Part shown: positions 42,601 to 54,077 of the stretch, in pieces
Position numbering within the stretch: position 1 is the stretch's first letter
How the letters are laid out: the number at the start of each line of letters is the position of its first letter
DNA from: Oikopleura dioica
Lineage: Eukaryota; Animalia; Chordata
DNA: 64,000 nucleotides
Assembly: GCA_907165135.1 (NCBI GenBank)
Contig: OU015568.1
Coordinates: forward strand, 14,012,001-14,076,000
Direction of reading: 5' to 3'
The notes under the pieces: model-generated
The model's input: only the letters and a program-made list of their open reading frames with translations
Databases searched by the model: none
Told to the model about the DNA's origin: nothing
Translations under genes and position numbers: made by a program

Positions 42601-45600
42601 GCTTATCGCATCTTCTGTAATTCTGGATACTTAGAAAGTCTGTGTAGCCGCCATTAACGTGCCCCTCATCTTATCTATTAGCGTTACTCTTTTGGAATGA
42701 GTTTATGATGCAATTTCTTAAGGCATTCTTCAACTCGGACAGTTATACCTTCTGCGCTGCTATCTCAATGGATACGTCACCGACTGATAACGTACTCATC
42801 AGGTAACTCGTATAATTAACCCTTCCTTCTAACCCGACAATTTGCCGCGCGCTCAAATTGCTAACTACTTTCTCTGTCCTTTCTTAACACCTCAAAGCAA
42901 GCTCATTATGTTCGAAAGAGTCTTTTTAAAAAGTGCTGATAAGGAAAGGGTCAGACAAGATTAAAGAGTAGCTCAATAAAGTGACCGGATTTGGTAATTA
43001 AAATTTTCGGAAGACAAAAATGGAAAATTCTCTAATAAAGATCAACTGAGTTCAGCTTTAAATAAATTGCTTCAAAATAGAAAAATACACGATTATTTCT
43101 AAACGCATCTTTTCTAGTGCGATTTCAAGCGACGACAAACTCATTATCGCCGAAATAGATGAACAATCTGTCGCAGAGTTCTTTTCGCATGAAGTGGATA
43201 CAGTGACAGCTTGTGTGACATCTTCACAAGAGCACAATACTGTCGAGGTGTATATAGACGGCGAGCTGCTATCCGAGAGCTCATTTCGCGGGGGCATCAG
43301 CCGCAACGACGTGTTCACTTTTGGCTCGTCGAGTTTTGGCGGTCAGATTAAGAACTTTGCTGTATGGGATCGATTCTTTACGCCAGCTGAGATTGAGGCG
43401 ATCTTCGCGTCTAGTTGCCATGCAGGTGCGATCCTATCCGCACGGCCCGATGCGCAGCCCAAGTTGAAGGGACAAATCCGATTTCAAGAGGGTTGGTCCT
43501 CGTGGTCGCCGTGGTCGAGCTGTTCCGTTTCATGCGCTGGCAGTGGCTTGCAATCGCGCAAACGCGTGTGTTATGCAGTAGACGTCGAATCTGGCCACTG
43601 TTTCGGACCTGACGTAGATACGAAACCCTGTGGACCGTTAATCTGCCCGACATGGTCGAACTGGTCGAGCTGGTCGAGCTGTAGCAAATCTTGCGGCGAA
43701 GGATACATTCATCGAAGTCGAGAGTGCTTCCACGGCACTGCTGGAAACCCAGGCTGCGAAGGAAATTCCTCCGAACTCGAACCCTGCGAAGTTGACATCT
43801 GTCCAGACCCCTACAATTTTCCCTGGGAGTGTGGGACGGTTACTGCCAAACGAGGAGCTCCTGCTTATCAACGTGTTGTCAACGGGCACACAGAGCAATA
43901 TGGAGCTGTTCCCTATCTTTGTCAGCTGACGTCTTACGGAGATCACAATTGCGGAACATCGGTTATCTCTCCTAATTGGAATATAGGCAAGGGTTTTTTA
44001 TTTGTTTTTATGCAAAATCTCCGAATAGGAGAGTAGCCATCAGAAAATCGGATAGCCATCAATGCTATAATTAATTGAACCATTGAAAACCTCGAAAAAG
44101 GTGCTGCACATTGCGTCGCCGATTATGACTCTCCCGCTCAATTCCGAATAATCTGCGGCTCCCAGTATCGAAGCCAAATTGACACGTACGAGCAGCAGCG
44201 TCAAGTCGAGCGTTACATCAAGCACCCAGGATATGACTCGAACTCGGACTTGGTCGACTACGACATGATGCTGTTCAAAGTGGATCATGCTTGGGAGTTT
44301 ACAGACTACGTCAAGCCTGCGTGTTTGCCCAAGCGCAACGATTATCCCTCTTCGGGTCAACTTTGTAAAGTGTCTGGATGGGGCTCAACGCAAGCCAAGG
44401 ACGCAACGCAGTTCTTTTTCGCGCAACTCGAACTCGCCGAAGCTGTACAGTCAGCATATGTGCCCATTACGGAAATGGGAGTATGCGCAGCTGGATATAA
44501 GTCGATTACGCGGCGGCAATTCTGCGCTGGCTTTGTAGAAGGTGGCAGAGACGCTTGCCAGGTAATGATTTTCTCTTACGCTTTGTAACGTTTCAGAGAT
44601 TTGGCGATTTTTCGAATATCAAATAAAATACCACCCATGATTTCTGTGAAAGAAAATGCAATCGTGGGACAAAGACTCAGGATAACAATTATCTGACGTT
44701 AGTATTTAGGGAGACTCTGGAGGACCTCTAGCATGTCCTATTGGTAACCGCGGAGTCTATCAACTTACGGGCATTGTTTCGTATGGAATTGGGTGTGGTT
44801 CCGCCTCATTTCCTGGCGTCTACACCCGAGTCGAGTCCCTCATTGACTGGATTCTTGATCATATTCGTAAGTGAAGCTCTAAGACTACGTTTTCCATCGT
44901 TTATCGTAGTCGATGAAAGCACGCAAGGAGCAGCAACTTGTCAGAAGGACAAAATCGTCGACCTCGAAACTGGAGGTCTCAATTCTCCCAATTTCGATGG
45001 AAGATCTGTCTACGACTTTAACCAAGAATGCTCGTGGATTATTAGGTAAACATTTAAACAAATTCAAGAGAGGCCTCCATTAGAATTAGCCAGAACCGCT
45101 AAATCGACGTCCAATCGCTTAGCATTCACGAGCCGCGCTTATGTGACTGCGTCGGGTTAAGGAGCCCCTACTGCTAGAATAATACTTGCAGTCTTTTCAC
45201 GTACCCTGGCGCGTTGATATGTGCTCGCGATTTTCTCGTTACGACCGGGCTCAGATTCTAATCCCTTCCGCGTTGACAATTCCAAAGAGGGAATGCTCGT
45301 TTATCTCGATCGGAGATTCGGTTCAAAGGAGGTTAATTGATTTTTCAGCGTTCCAAATGTCAAGTCCTCGCAAAAACTCGTCCTTGACTTTACCCACTTC
45401 CACTTGGATGCTGATTCAAACTGCGACAACGATTACGTGGCGATCTACGGCGGTGATCAGTTGACTGAACCGATCGGACGGTACTGCGGACGACAGGAAA
45501 GTGGTTTCATAGTGCTCCCGGTAGTTGATTATGACATGCGCGGAAATGCACAGTCAAAACTTCTAAATCGAGGCTGGAGTCATTATTTAATCCCCCTGTG

Positions 45601-48600
45601 TCTGTTAGAGCGCCAGAAAGAATTCGCGCGAACATAGCTTTACGAATTTCATCCACGCGGATCTATGTCAAGGCTACTAGCATTCCAACTTTGTTTAAAA
45701 TAGGTCAAAAAATGAAACCATAACTAAAAGGCGCCTCCAGCGATCATTTTTTCTTCCCGCGAAAAACTAAAAATCGTCTTCAAAACTGACGCCGAATCAA
45801 GTGCAGAAAAACCAACCGGCTTTGCGGCGAAATTCCACAGGGCGCCGAAGAAATTGGACGAGTCCGGCTGCGGCTCCGCGAAAACGCAAATGGGAATCCC
45901 AGAATTGGAGAAGTTTTTGATCGCCAACAATAAGTTCAAAATGTGCGAGTTTTCCATCAAACCGAGAATTGATAAGGGAGTTACTTCCTATCCGGTCATT
46001 AGATTAGGGCCTGATACAGATCCAAGTTGCTGCGAAGCTGTCAAGGTAATTATTAATTACTAATTAATAATAATAAGGTTATTACTAATTAACAATTATT
46101 TTAATAAAAGAAGAAAGTATAAAAATTTGGCCAAAATTTTATTAATAAAAATCGAACTTATTTCAAACGTAAACTTTAGATTTCTAATCATCCGAAAAAG
46201 TTCGACGAGCGCGCTTTGGTAGACAGTTCATCCCTCTGCCGCGGCGAGCCGGCTGTTGGTTTAGACGGCGAGATTAAAATGCGCGTGTACAATGGTCAAC
46301 GTGATCGGCGCGGACGGAAGTGCAACCTTCAAGTCGGATTTTACTCCGTCACGGATCCGCAAGTTCCTTATCTAAATTATGAGCCCGCTACTGATTCTGG
46401 TCAGCTCGCGCCGAGACAAGGTAAAAAGACCAACAATTGGCGTATTTTCTAAAAAGTTGCTTTCAGAAGAAGATAACCTATCGCAATACACATGCTACAT
46501 GGACTCGATTACGCTGCCTAGGTGGCTTGGAAAATCCTTTCCATTGGACAAGAACGAACGGTTATCATCTTGTATTATTGAAATCCGGCCAAAATCTGCT
46601 GCAGTCAGGAACGCTGCTTCTAATCGACCCCCGAAGAGCAAAAATCCCAAGAAGGGGTAAGTCTTTATCGCGTTAAACCCCTCACGATTTAGTTTTCTCT
46701 GTGATTCCATTTTTATCGGAACATGTTGATTTCGTTTTTTCATATCAATTAAAGCCAGATTTTGCTTAAAAAAATTAAATCATAAATTGTTATAAAAATA
46801 ATTATATAAATATTAATCATTGAAGAAACCGTAATGAAAATATACTTGATATATTTAAGTATTTTTTTTTATTTCATTAATATGAATCAAACGTAGCAAG
46901 TTCACCCGCATCTGATACACCAGGGATATGTACAATATATATGTGTACTTTAGTAAAACAGAAAGAACAGTTAACTTTTCCTAAAAGAAAAAATATGTGA
47001 ACCCAAGATTATTATGAGGGTCAAAATTGCTTATTTCAGTCGTGGCATGCTCCAGGACGTCTTCATGATTTCCGGCCAGTTCGGGGAGGAACCCGAAGAG
47101 TATGATCACTCCGACCCGGAAGAGGAAGAAGAGGTGGATTTGGAGAGCATGAGCAAAAAAGAACGAGCTCGTTATGAAGAGCAGCAGCGAAATCGGCAAG
47201 CTCGTTTGAGCAGGCGAATTGCTGAACGTGAAAAAATCAAAATGCAGCGCAAAGCTGAGAATCTCATCAGAAGGGAGGAAGAAAAAGAAGCGCGCATCGA
47301 GGAGCGATTGGAAATGCAAGCACAAGAACGGTAAGAAAGGGCGCTAGAATATTCGGGATGATTTCGTAACACTCTCCAGTCAAGTCACAACACGGAAAAT
47401 AACAAGATTAAAATGCGATTTTAGATTAAACCGCTTCCACCAGCGGCGGCCTCCCCTGCTTAATCGCGTCCGTCGAGGAGTGAAAAACAAAAAGTCTAAG
47501 AAAAACAGCAAAAAACAAAACGGTAAGAAAGGAAGAATTCAACCGACGAAGCGGCCATCAAGGAAAAATCCACCAAGTCGGCCTCAAAAAGGAAATCCGA
47601 ATGGTCGGGGACCGTCAGGTGGAAATGGAAAAAGCAATATCAGCTCAGGGTTAAAAATAAGTACGCAAATTATCGTAAGCTTTGGGGTCATTCGTGGGGG
47701 CTATTTTGAGCCACAAGTATGCATAGGATGCTTTCTAACCCGCATAGTCGTACGAAGCAGAACAACTTCCGCTTATGCACCGCCACGTTGCTTACACCAA
47801 CAACGCTTATTACAACAGCTGGATGTACTGGCTCCGACGCCAACGTAAGTCTTGAATCCAAAATGCCCCCTCCGTTATCGCGCATTAGCTAACTAAGGTT
47901 TATCTAATCTCCTTCCATAAAACCTCTCATGCAAGCGCTCATTACGGGATCCTTTTCAGAACCGTCTCTTTGCCAAAATCGGCATGAGCAATTTCGACCC
48001 TCGTGCTCCTACTGATCACGTGCAAACAATTATGATCCGTCGTTGCATTGCTCATCCGAAATACATCCGTGGAGAACCAAACAACGACTTGCAGATTTGC
48101 TTCCTTGCCGAGAGCGTCAAGCCGAGCAAGGGCATCATGATTCCTTGTCTCACAGACACGATGCTGCCTCTTAATGATGGAGACATCGTCGTCACAGAAT
48201 CTCGTACGAATTTCAACAAAGGGAAGACAGAAGGAGTCCCGATGAGAACGCATATTCCCATTTCTGGAAAATACGCTCAAGGAAAAACAAACAAGGAACG
48301 CGGTAGTAAAAAATAATCACTTTTTGTTGATACAAAGTAACTCGTTGAGGAGCATTTTTTCACCGCGAAATACAGAACGAGCCAGTGCTAAAGGCAGGAT
48401 ATGCGTTTGGTGACCCGTTATGCATGAAAGAAGTGGGATCGCCAGTGTTCCGCGAGGATGTAAACCAACGCACGCTTGTTGGACTTGTTCAGGGGGCGCT
48501 AACGCCTGAGAATCAGTGCCCAACGAGATTGTTTAATATTGTCGACGTAAGTTGAAAATTTTCTGCTTCTTTTGATGATTTTATGAAGCTTCGCGACCAC

Positions 48601-49632
48601 GTGGATTGGATAACTTCGACAACGAAAATGGGTGCCCTGGCGGCGGAACAAGCGGAAAAGCTGGCTCAAAAGACGCACGGTGCCCGTGGAACAAATGACG
48701 ATCGCTTGATCAAAATGCCAAGGCAATCGGGCGATGAGTCGCGAGAATGCGGACAGGAAGTCATCAGCCTCTGGAATCTCGTGGACGGCGGCAATTGTAC
48801 TAATAGCATGACGATTAGCTCACCGGGTTACCCTGGGTGGTATCCTGCCAACGCCGACTGTCCCGTTCAAATTCAAGCGCCCGAAGACACCAGGGTATTT
48901 TATCGAAAAACTCTTCATTTCTTCTTGTTTTCTAGAGCAATATTAACCGTGTTTTAACCATTCAGGTTCGCGTACGAGTTGTAGAAAAGTTCGATATCGA
49001 AGCGTCACCAAACTGTCAAGCGGACAAGATTCATTTGAAGGACGAGACGATGGACTGGAATCTCTGCAACGGGCAACTTCCGGACATGCCAGAGGGAATT
49101 GTTGGAACGTCGTCCAAGATGGACGTTAGGTAATTTTTATTCAATATTTTACATAAGTAAAAATCATAAATTCGATCTTAAATGCTCCAATATAGATTTT
49201 TGTCCTGTGTACAAAATGAACATCAACTTTAACTAATCGCCTATCGTTACCATAAACACCGCTCTTCATCAGAACCGTCCCGCTAAAGGAAATTCAACTT
49301 AATATAGGTTCACTTCCGACGGAACTGTCCAGCGAACCGGCTTTAAACTTCAAGTCGACTGTGTTGATCTTGAGACTGCTGATAAGATCCAAAACTACCG
49401 TCGATTCGAAGAACAAGAAGAAGAAAAGGAAAATCGAAAACGCCCTGGAAAAAATCATGCCCAGGTGATTTGGGTCACCGGACGAGATCCCAAAGAGAAA
49501 GAACAAAAACGACCATCAAATCAAAAAGGAAAAAATCCGAAGGGCAGACCCCAAAATCAAAACCGACCAAACAACAACAAAAATCGCCCAAACGGAAAAA
49601 CTAACGATAGGAAGAAGCCTCAAAGGGGCTAA
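39680..49632 (+). CDS. Giant mosaic secreted protease: signal - TSP1 - PTX - TSP1x2 - PTX - TSP1 - PTX - TSP1x2 - active trypsin-like protease - CUB - CUB-like - charged linker/furin site - inactive protease homologue - CUB - basic tail
   Basis: TSP1 motifs ([25 protein letters not shown] and others, six copies). Pentraxin motifs ([26 protein letters not shown]). Zymogen site QR|VVNG, His in AAHC (44109), Asp in DYDMMLFK, Ser in GDSGGP (44716). CUB motifs (LNSPNF...ECSWII; [16 protein letters not shown]; [12 protein letters not shown]). Intron phases link all parts, e.g. KKG|RGM across 46658-47040. Stop at 49630-49632. Confidence 0.85.
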
Positions 49633-49997
49633 ATTACCAGTTTGAAGGACCATTCCCTTCGTCAATCAAAAAACACCTGCTGCTCAACTATTTAACGACC
49701 GAAAACTACCTCAGAAAATCATACGATAATTACTTGTATTCATATTTAAATAGCTTTTTTACAAGGTTTTCCATTTTTTACATTAATTCAGCCAACTGTA
49801 TAAAATGCTTGATATAGTCTCGCATATCATCATTTCTCAACACACACAAAAATCCAAACTGAAACATAAAATGACTTCAGCTTATTGTAAATAATGATCT
49901 GTATAATAATAAACAGTGTGCTTCTTTTTTTTCATTCCTTGTTTTTGTCAGCATTCGGATTAGTGAGTAAGGGAGGTTTCTTCTGTTATTATCGGTT

Positions 49998-50524
49998 GGA
50001 AGGATGCAATTAGTCTGGGTCTCAGACCCAGGATTCATTTCAAAAGTGACGCCTGGGTCTCAGACCCAGGATACCCCCTCAGAAGTGACGCCTGGGTCCA
50101 ATACTCAGGATTCATTTAAAAATGGGCATTTTAGGCAGACTTCGTCGATTGATTCTCTGAAAACTCTCAGATCTATTTGCCCCTTACCACGGGGCTTCGC
50201 CCCTTAGGTCCTAAGATGCCGGGGTCTAGTCTAGGGTTACTTAGGGTTACCTTCAGTAACCCTAACTAACCCTAGCCTATCCCCCTCGGGTGAGACTGTT
50301 CCGTCATTTTTGCAGGTGCCCCCTAACACTAACCTTAATTATAGTAAATACAAGACTCCTTATCAATAATTCATAGAAGGAAATTGTTTTTTTCTTCTTA
50401 CAACCCCCATCTCCTAATTTTTGGACCCAGGCGTCACTTCTGAGGGGGTATCCTGGGTCTGAGACCCAGGCGTCACTTTTGAAACGAATCCTGGGTCTGA
50501 GACCCAGGCTAATTGTATACTTCC
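49998..50524. mobile_element. 527-bp non-autonomous DNA transposon (MITE) with 104-bp TIRs and 8-bp TSD TATCGGTT
   Basis: 49998-50101 matches the reverse complement of 50421-50524 at 100 of 104 positions by my alignment. TATCGGTT lies directly on both sides (49990-49997, 50525-50532). Ends are GGAAG...CTTCC. No transposase ORF. Confidence 0.93.
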
Positions 50525-50600
50525 TATCGGTTGCGTTGAAATCATGGAAGAGTTTCCTCTTTGTATAAAATCTATCAAGGAGATTTCAGGCAAATTCGAA

Positions 50601-51640
50601 TCAAAAAAAATTGAATGAATCGAAATCATTTCCTGTTGTCGAATTCCCAGGTTTTACATGACCAACTGCTTGGATTGTAGAGGACGTATTCCAGCCAGTT
50701 TGGCTCATTGGAGCACTAACAGGGCTCCTGGAACCGGCGCGCATCGTCAAAAGAACCTGCTCCAGATGATGTCTATTTTGCGCCAGCATGTGATGAGTTT
50801 CTGGGCCAGCATGGCGAGCCAACTTTTCATAGAGAATGTCGATCTCGTGTCTGAAAAACAACTGAATTCGGAGTCGGTTTGATGTTGCCTTACTTGCTAA
50901 TTTCATCAACATTTACTGTGAGATAATTCCGCAAAATTCTAGCACGATCCATCAATGCGAAAATAACTAGAAACGAGTAAAAAAGACGAGAGGATTGAAG
51001 AATACCTTGAAGAGTATAAATAAAAAGGCCGGAAAGGTACTTCACCCAAATCAACCATGTCTGACTTGGCTGCTCTGCTAGAAAGTAAAATATCAGCTCC
51101 CAGATAAGCTTGATCAGGTATGAAGCAGCGATAAAAGAAGCCAGCCAGATGACGTTAATGTAAATGAAATGGTGATCCTTCCACGACGCTACTAATCCGG
51201 TTATGCAGGAGAAAAGCCCAAGACTGAATATTTTTAAGATAAGGCATAAAATTTCAAACAAACATTGTGAAAGTGTAGAAGTACTGTCGATCTTGAAACG
51301 TATAGTTTTCGCTGTCAATCCAATCTGCTAAAATCGGCCATGCTGGAATCGATGCAAAAAGCGCTGATTTTTTTATGAAAAGAAAATTTCTCTTTCGTTA
51401 CCTTCCAAAACAATTCCCAAAAGACAAGTCCCAATCAATCTGAAATTGTTCATCACATCTCAATTATCGTGATAATCTCTTTCTCTGTCTCTGTTTTGGC
51501 GATCGACGGAAGCAGCTTACAAAGAATAGTTGTACTCGGGTACCAGATTCTTTACGACTTTTGCCACGGTTTTTGTGTTGCGACAAAAGTGACAAAAGCC
51601 AGAAGTGAGCCAATGCTGATTCAGCGCTTCAAAAATCTAA
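50601..51640 (-). CDS. Multi-pass (about 4 TM) membrane protein of unknown family; 5' end uncertain
   Basis: Spliced hydrophobic segments (LIGTCLLGIVLEGALFASIPAW; ILGLFSCITGLVASW; FIYINVIWLASFIAASYLIKLIWELIFYFLA; LFYSFLVIFAL) are followed, after a GT-AG intron near 50890-50850, by the hydrophilic tail KHEIDILYEKLARHAG...DSFNFF*. Confidence 0.6.
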
Positions 51641-53165
51641 ATACTCAAAAAAAGTAAACTCGGTGTAAAATTAAATAAGCAATTGCTCTTCATTCATTTA
51701 GTTATTGTTCATGGGCATTTTATATCATTTTCTATAATGTAGTTTAGAAAGGATATTTATGCAGTAGATTTATCATTTTATAATTCAAAGAATAGAGATC
51801 AACAATTTGAAATTGTCAATTTCACGGAAAAATATTTTTTGTTATCTTCCTTGATTGCCAATTCGCAATTGCATCCCGAGTAAGATTGTTATTGTCATTT
51901 TTTCATCATTTTCTCTGTTGAAGTTTTAATTTTACTAAAAATTGACGCTTTCGTATACTGAGGCGTCTTGTAATACTATTTACTCTCGCTCCTGCTTTAT
52001 TGACTTTGGGGAAAATGAAAAAGCGCAAAAACCTCGACGCCCTCCTAAAATTCTGTCAATTTGACTTTTTCTCGATAACAACTGACTCTTGCTTCACGAC
52101 AAAACACTTTCCTGCAATAATATCACTTATTTTTTAAATCTCATTTATTCTTGTGATGAGAAAACATAGAACATTTTAGAATAGAGATAACGTAGGGGTT
52201 AATTTTTAAAATGGCTCGCACTCTGAAAAAAGGAAGATATAGCGGTTCATTTTAAATAAAAAGTTATTATGTAAAGCACTTATGAGAATCGAACTATCAC
52301 AGTGTAAAATCGCTTCATTTTAACTTTCTTGATTTCTCATTTCTCTGATGATCGCCCGTTTGAGTAGGCTATATACAGCGGATCAGCGATAAAATGATGG
52401 CGATCTACAGCAATCTCAGCAGGAGACCGAAGTAAGAAACGATCTTTTTTGTCAACGACCCATTTTTTTTTATCAAATGAGAGCATCAAATGACCTCGTA
52501 CTGATCAAATATCACTGAGAACGACTTTGCTTAGAGATGCCGCCTGATTTTTTCAAAAGAAATGGCAAATTTTCATGCTTCTTCAAATTCATCTTCGAAA
52601 CTCAAGATCTATATAACCCTATTTATAAACAAGCCTTGAAATTACATGGAAACTTGGAAGTTTATCTTTTTTCACCGTTTAAAAAATTATGGTTGATTGT
52701 TTGCACAATTTGGATTGATAAATCTAAACTTGGACCGGCCGGCAGTCAGCAAAAGTCGTCATGGTTGGCCTTGAATGACTAAAAGTTGCGTTGATTTTGA
52801 TCCGACGTGAGTTCGTTTAGAACGGTAGTGAATAACTTTCCACGTCGGGTGTCTCCTTGATTATTTACAATTCTGAAAAGGGACTATTCTACCCTGGACA
52901 GCGCTCTTCATGCAAATTTTTTAGACCGACGATTTCTTATTTTAGATCTTACGTTGGAAGATAACAATCTGAGACATGAATTTATTGCCATTCAAAATAG
53001 TGAATATTTGTTGAGAAAATATCCGTTCGTATTCAAAATCTCAAAAATCAAATATGAAATTTCAAATTTTAAAGAAATGCAAATTTGCTTTGTGGAATCG
53101 CATTAGTTAGCAAACCATCATTCCAAAAAATTCATTCGAAAAAAAAGTATAAAAGAAGCTGCTGA

Positions 53166-54077
53166 ATGTCGAGCGACTCAGGTTCTCATGAAATAAGTGA
53201 AAGCTCACTTGGTGATTACAGAGAAGAAGAGCTACCAGAAAATTCGAACATTTCTCCGTTGACAGCTGCTGAAATAAACATCGCGATTGATGCGAGAATT
53301 GCATCAACGTTCCTGGAACTTTGTGGAAGAATAGCTGATCTTGAAAACTCCCATGAAAATCAAAGCCTTTTTATCAAAGAGCTTGAGGCTAACCTAGATG
53401 TTATAAAACTAGAAAATGAAAAACTTCGAGAGGAGAAATATATCGAGAAAGAGACTCTCCGAGAGAGACACAGACTTAATGATGAACTGAGCAGTATTCA
53501 CGGTATTGGACATTTTTATGGTGATGATCGACAAACTGTTCATGGAGGACTGAGAGGTGGAATGTATAAGGCAGATCTTGAACGTCTTACGACATACATA
53601 AATAGAGGAATTCAGAAGATGAATTTTAAGGTTTGAAATTCTCTAGTTTTTTGTATATAAAGTTTATATATTTAATATTATTACCATAACAAGTACTTTT
53701 TCAGTTTTTTTCGACAAGTGATATTGGTGTTAATCATAATGGGGTGCGTATTGAATTTATTGGTAGTTCTCATGTGCATGATCCAAAGAGAAATGTCTGC
53801 TCCCTCCGAATAAAGCAATCAAGTCAGTAATTATCATTTAACGATTATATCATTTAACAAAATAGACAAAGCGAGAAAATTTAAAGCTGTTTTCGAAGAA
53901 GTTTGTGGACATACAGGAAGAGTTCTTAGACAGAATGAATACCGAAGTATTCAAGAAGACGGTTTCGAGCGAATTCTTGTGCCTAAGAAAAATAGAAATG
54001 TTTCTGATCTTTCATTTACTGATTCAAATGAATCTGAGTATTGCTACTACCGCTTTAACATTACTTTCTTGGAGTAA
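53166..54077 (+). CDS. Three-exon orphan protein (about 265 aa) with an acidic N-terminus and coiled coil; exons 53166-53630, 53705-53822, 53866-54077
   Basis: Both GT-AG introns are phase-consistent (0 then 1). Heptad stretch LCGRIADLENSHENQSLFIKELEANLDVIKLENEKLREE. Confidence 0.65.

Noticed and set aside
50014-50110. Palindromic repeats at regular 38-39 bp spacing resembling a CRISPR array
   Set aside because: Only 2.5 units, the 'spacers' are similar to each other, the block is mirrored as a TIR with a TSD, the context is eukaryotic, and there are no cas genes.
50231-50275. TTAGGG-like units as a telomere or interstitial telomeric array
   Set aside because: Only two degenerate units per arm inside a transposon-like element. 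Kept only as a hairpin observation.
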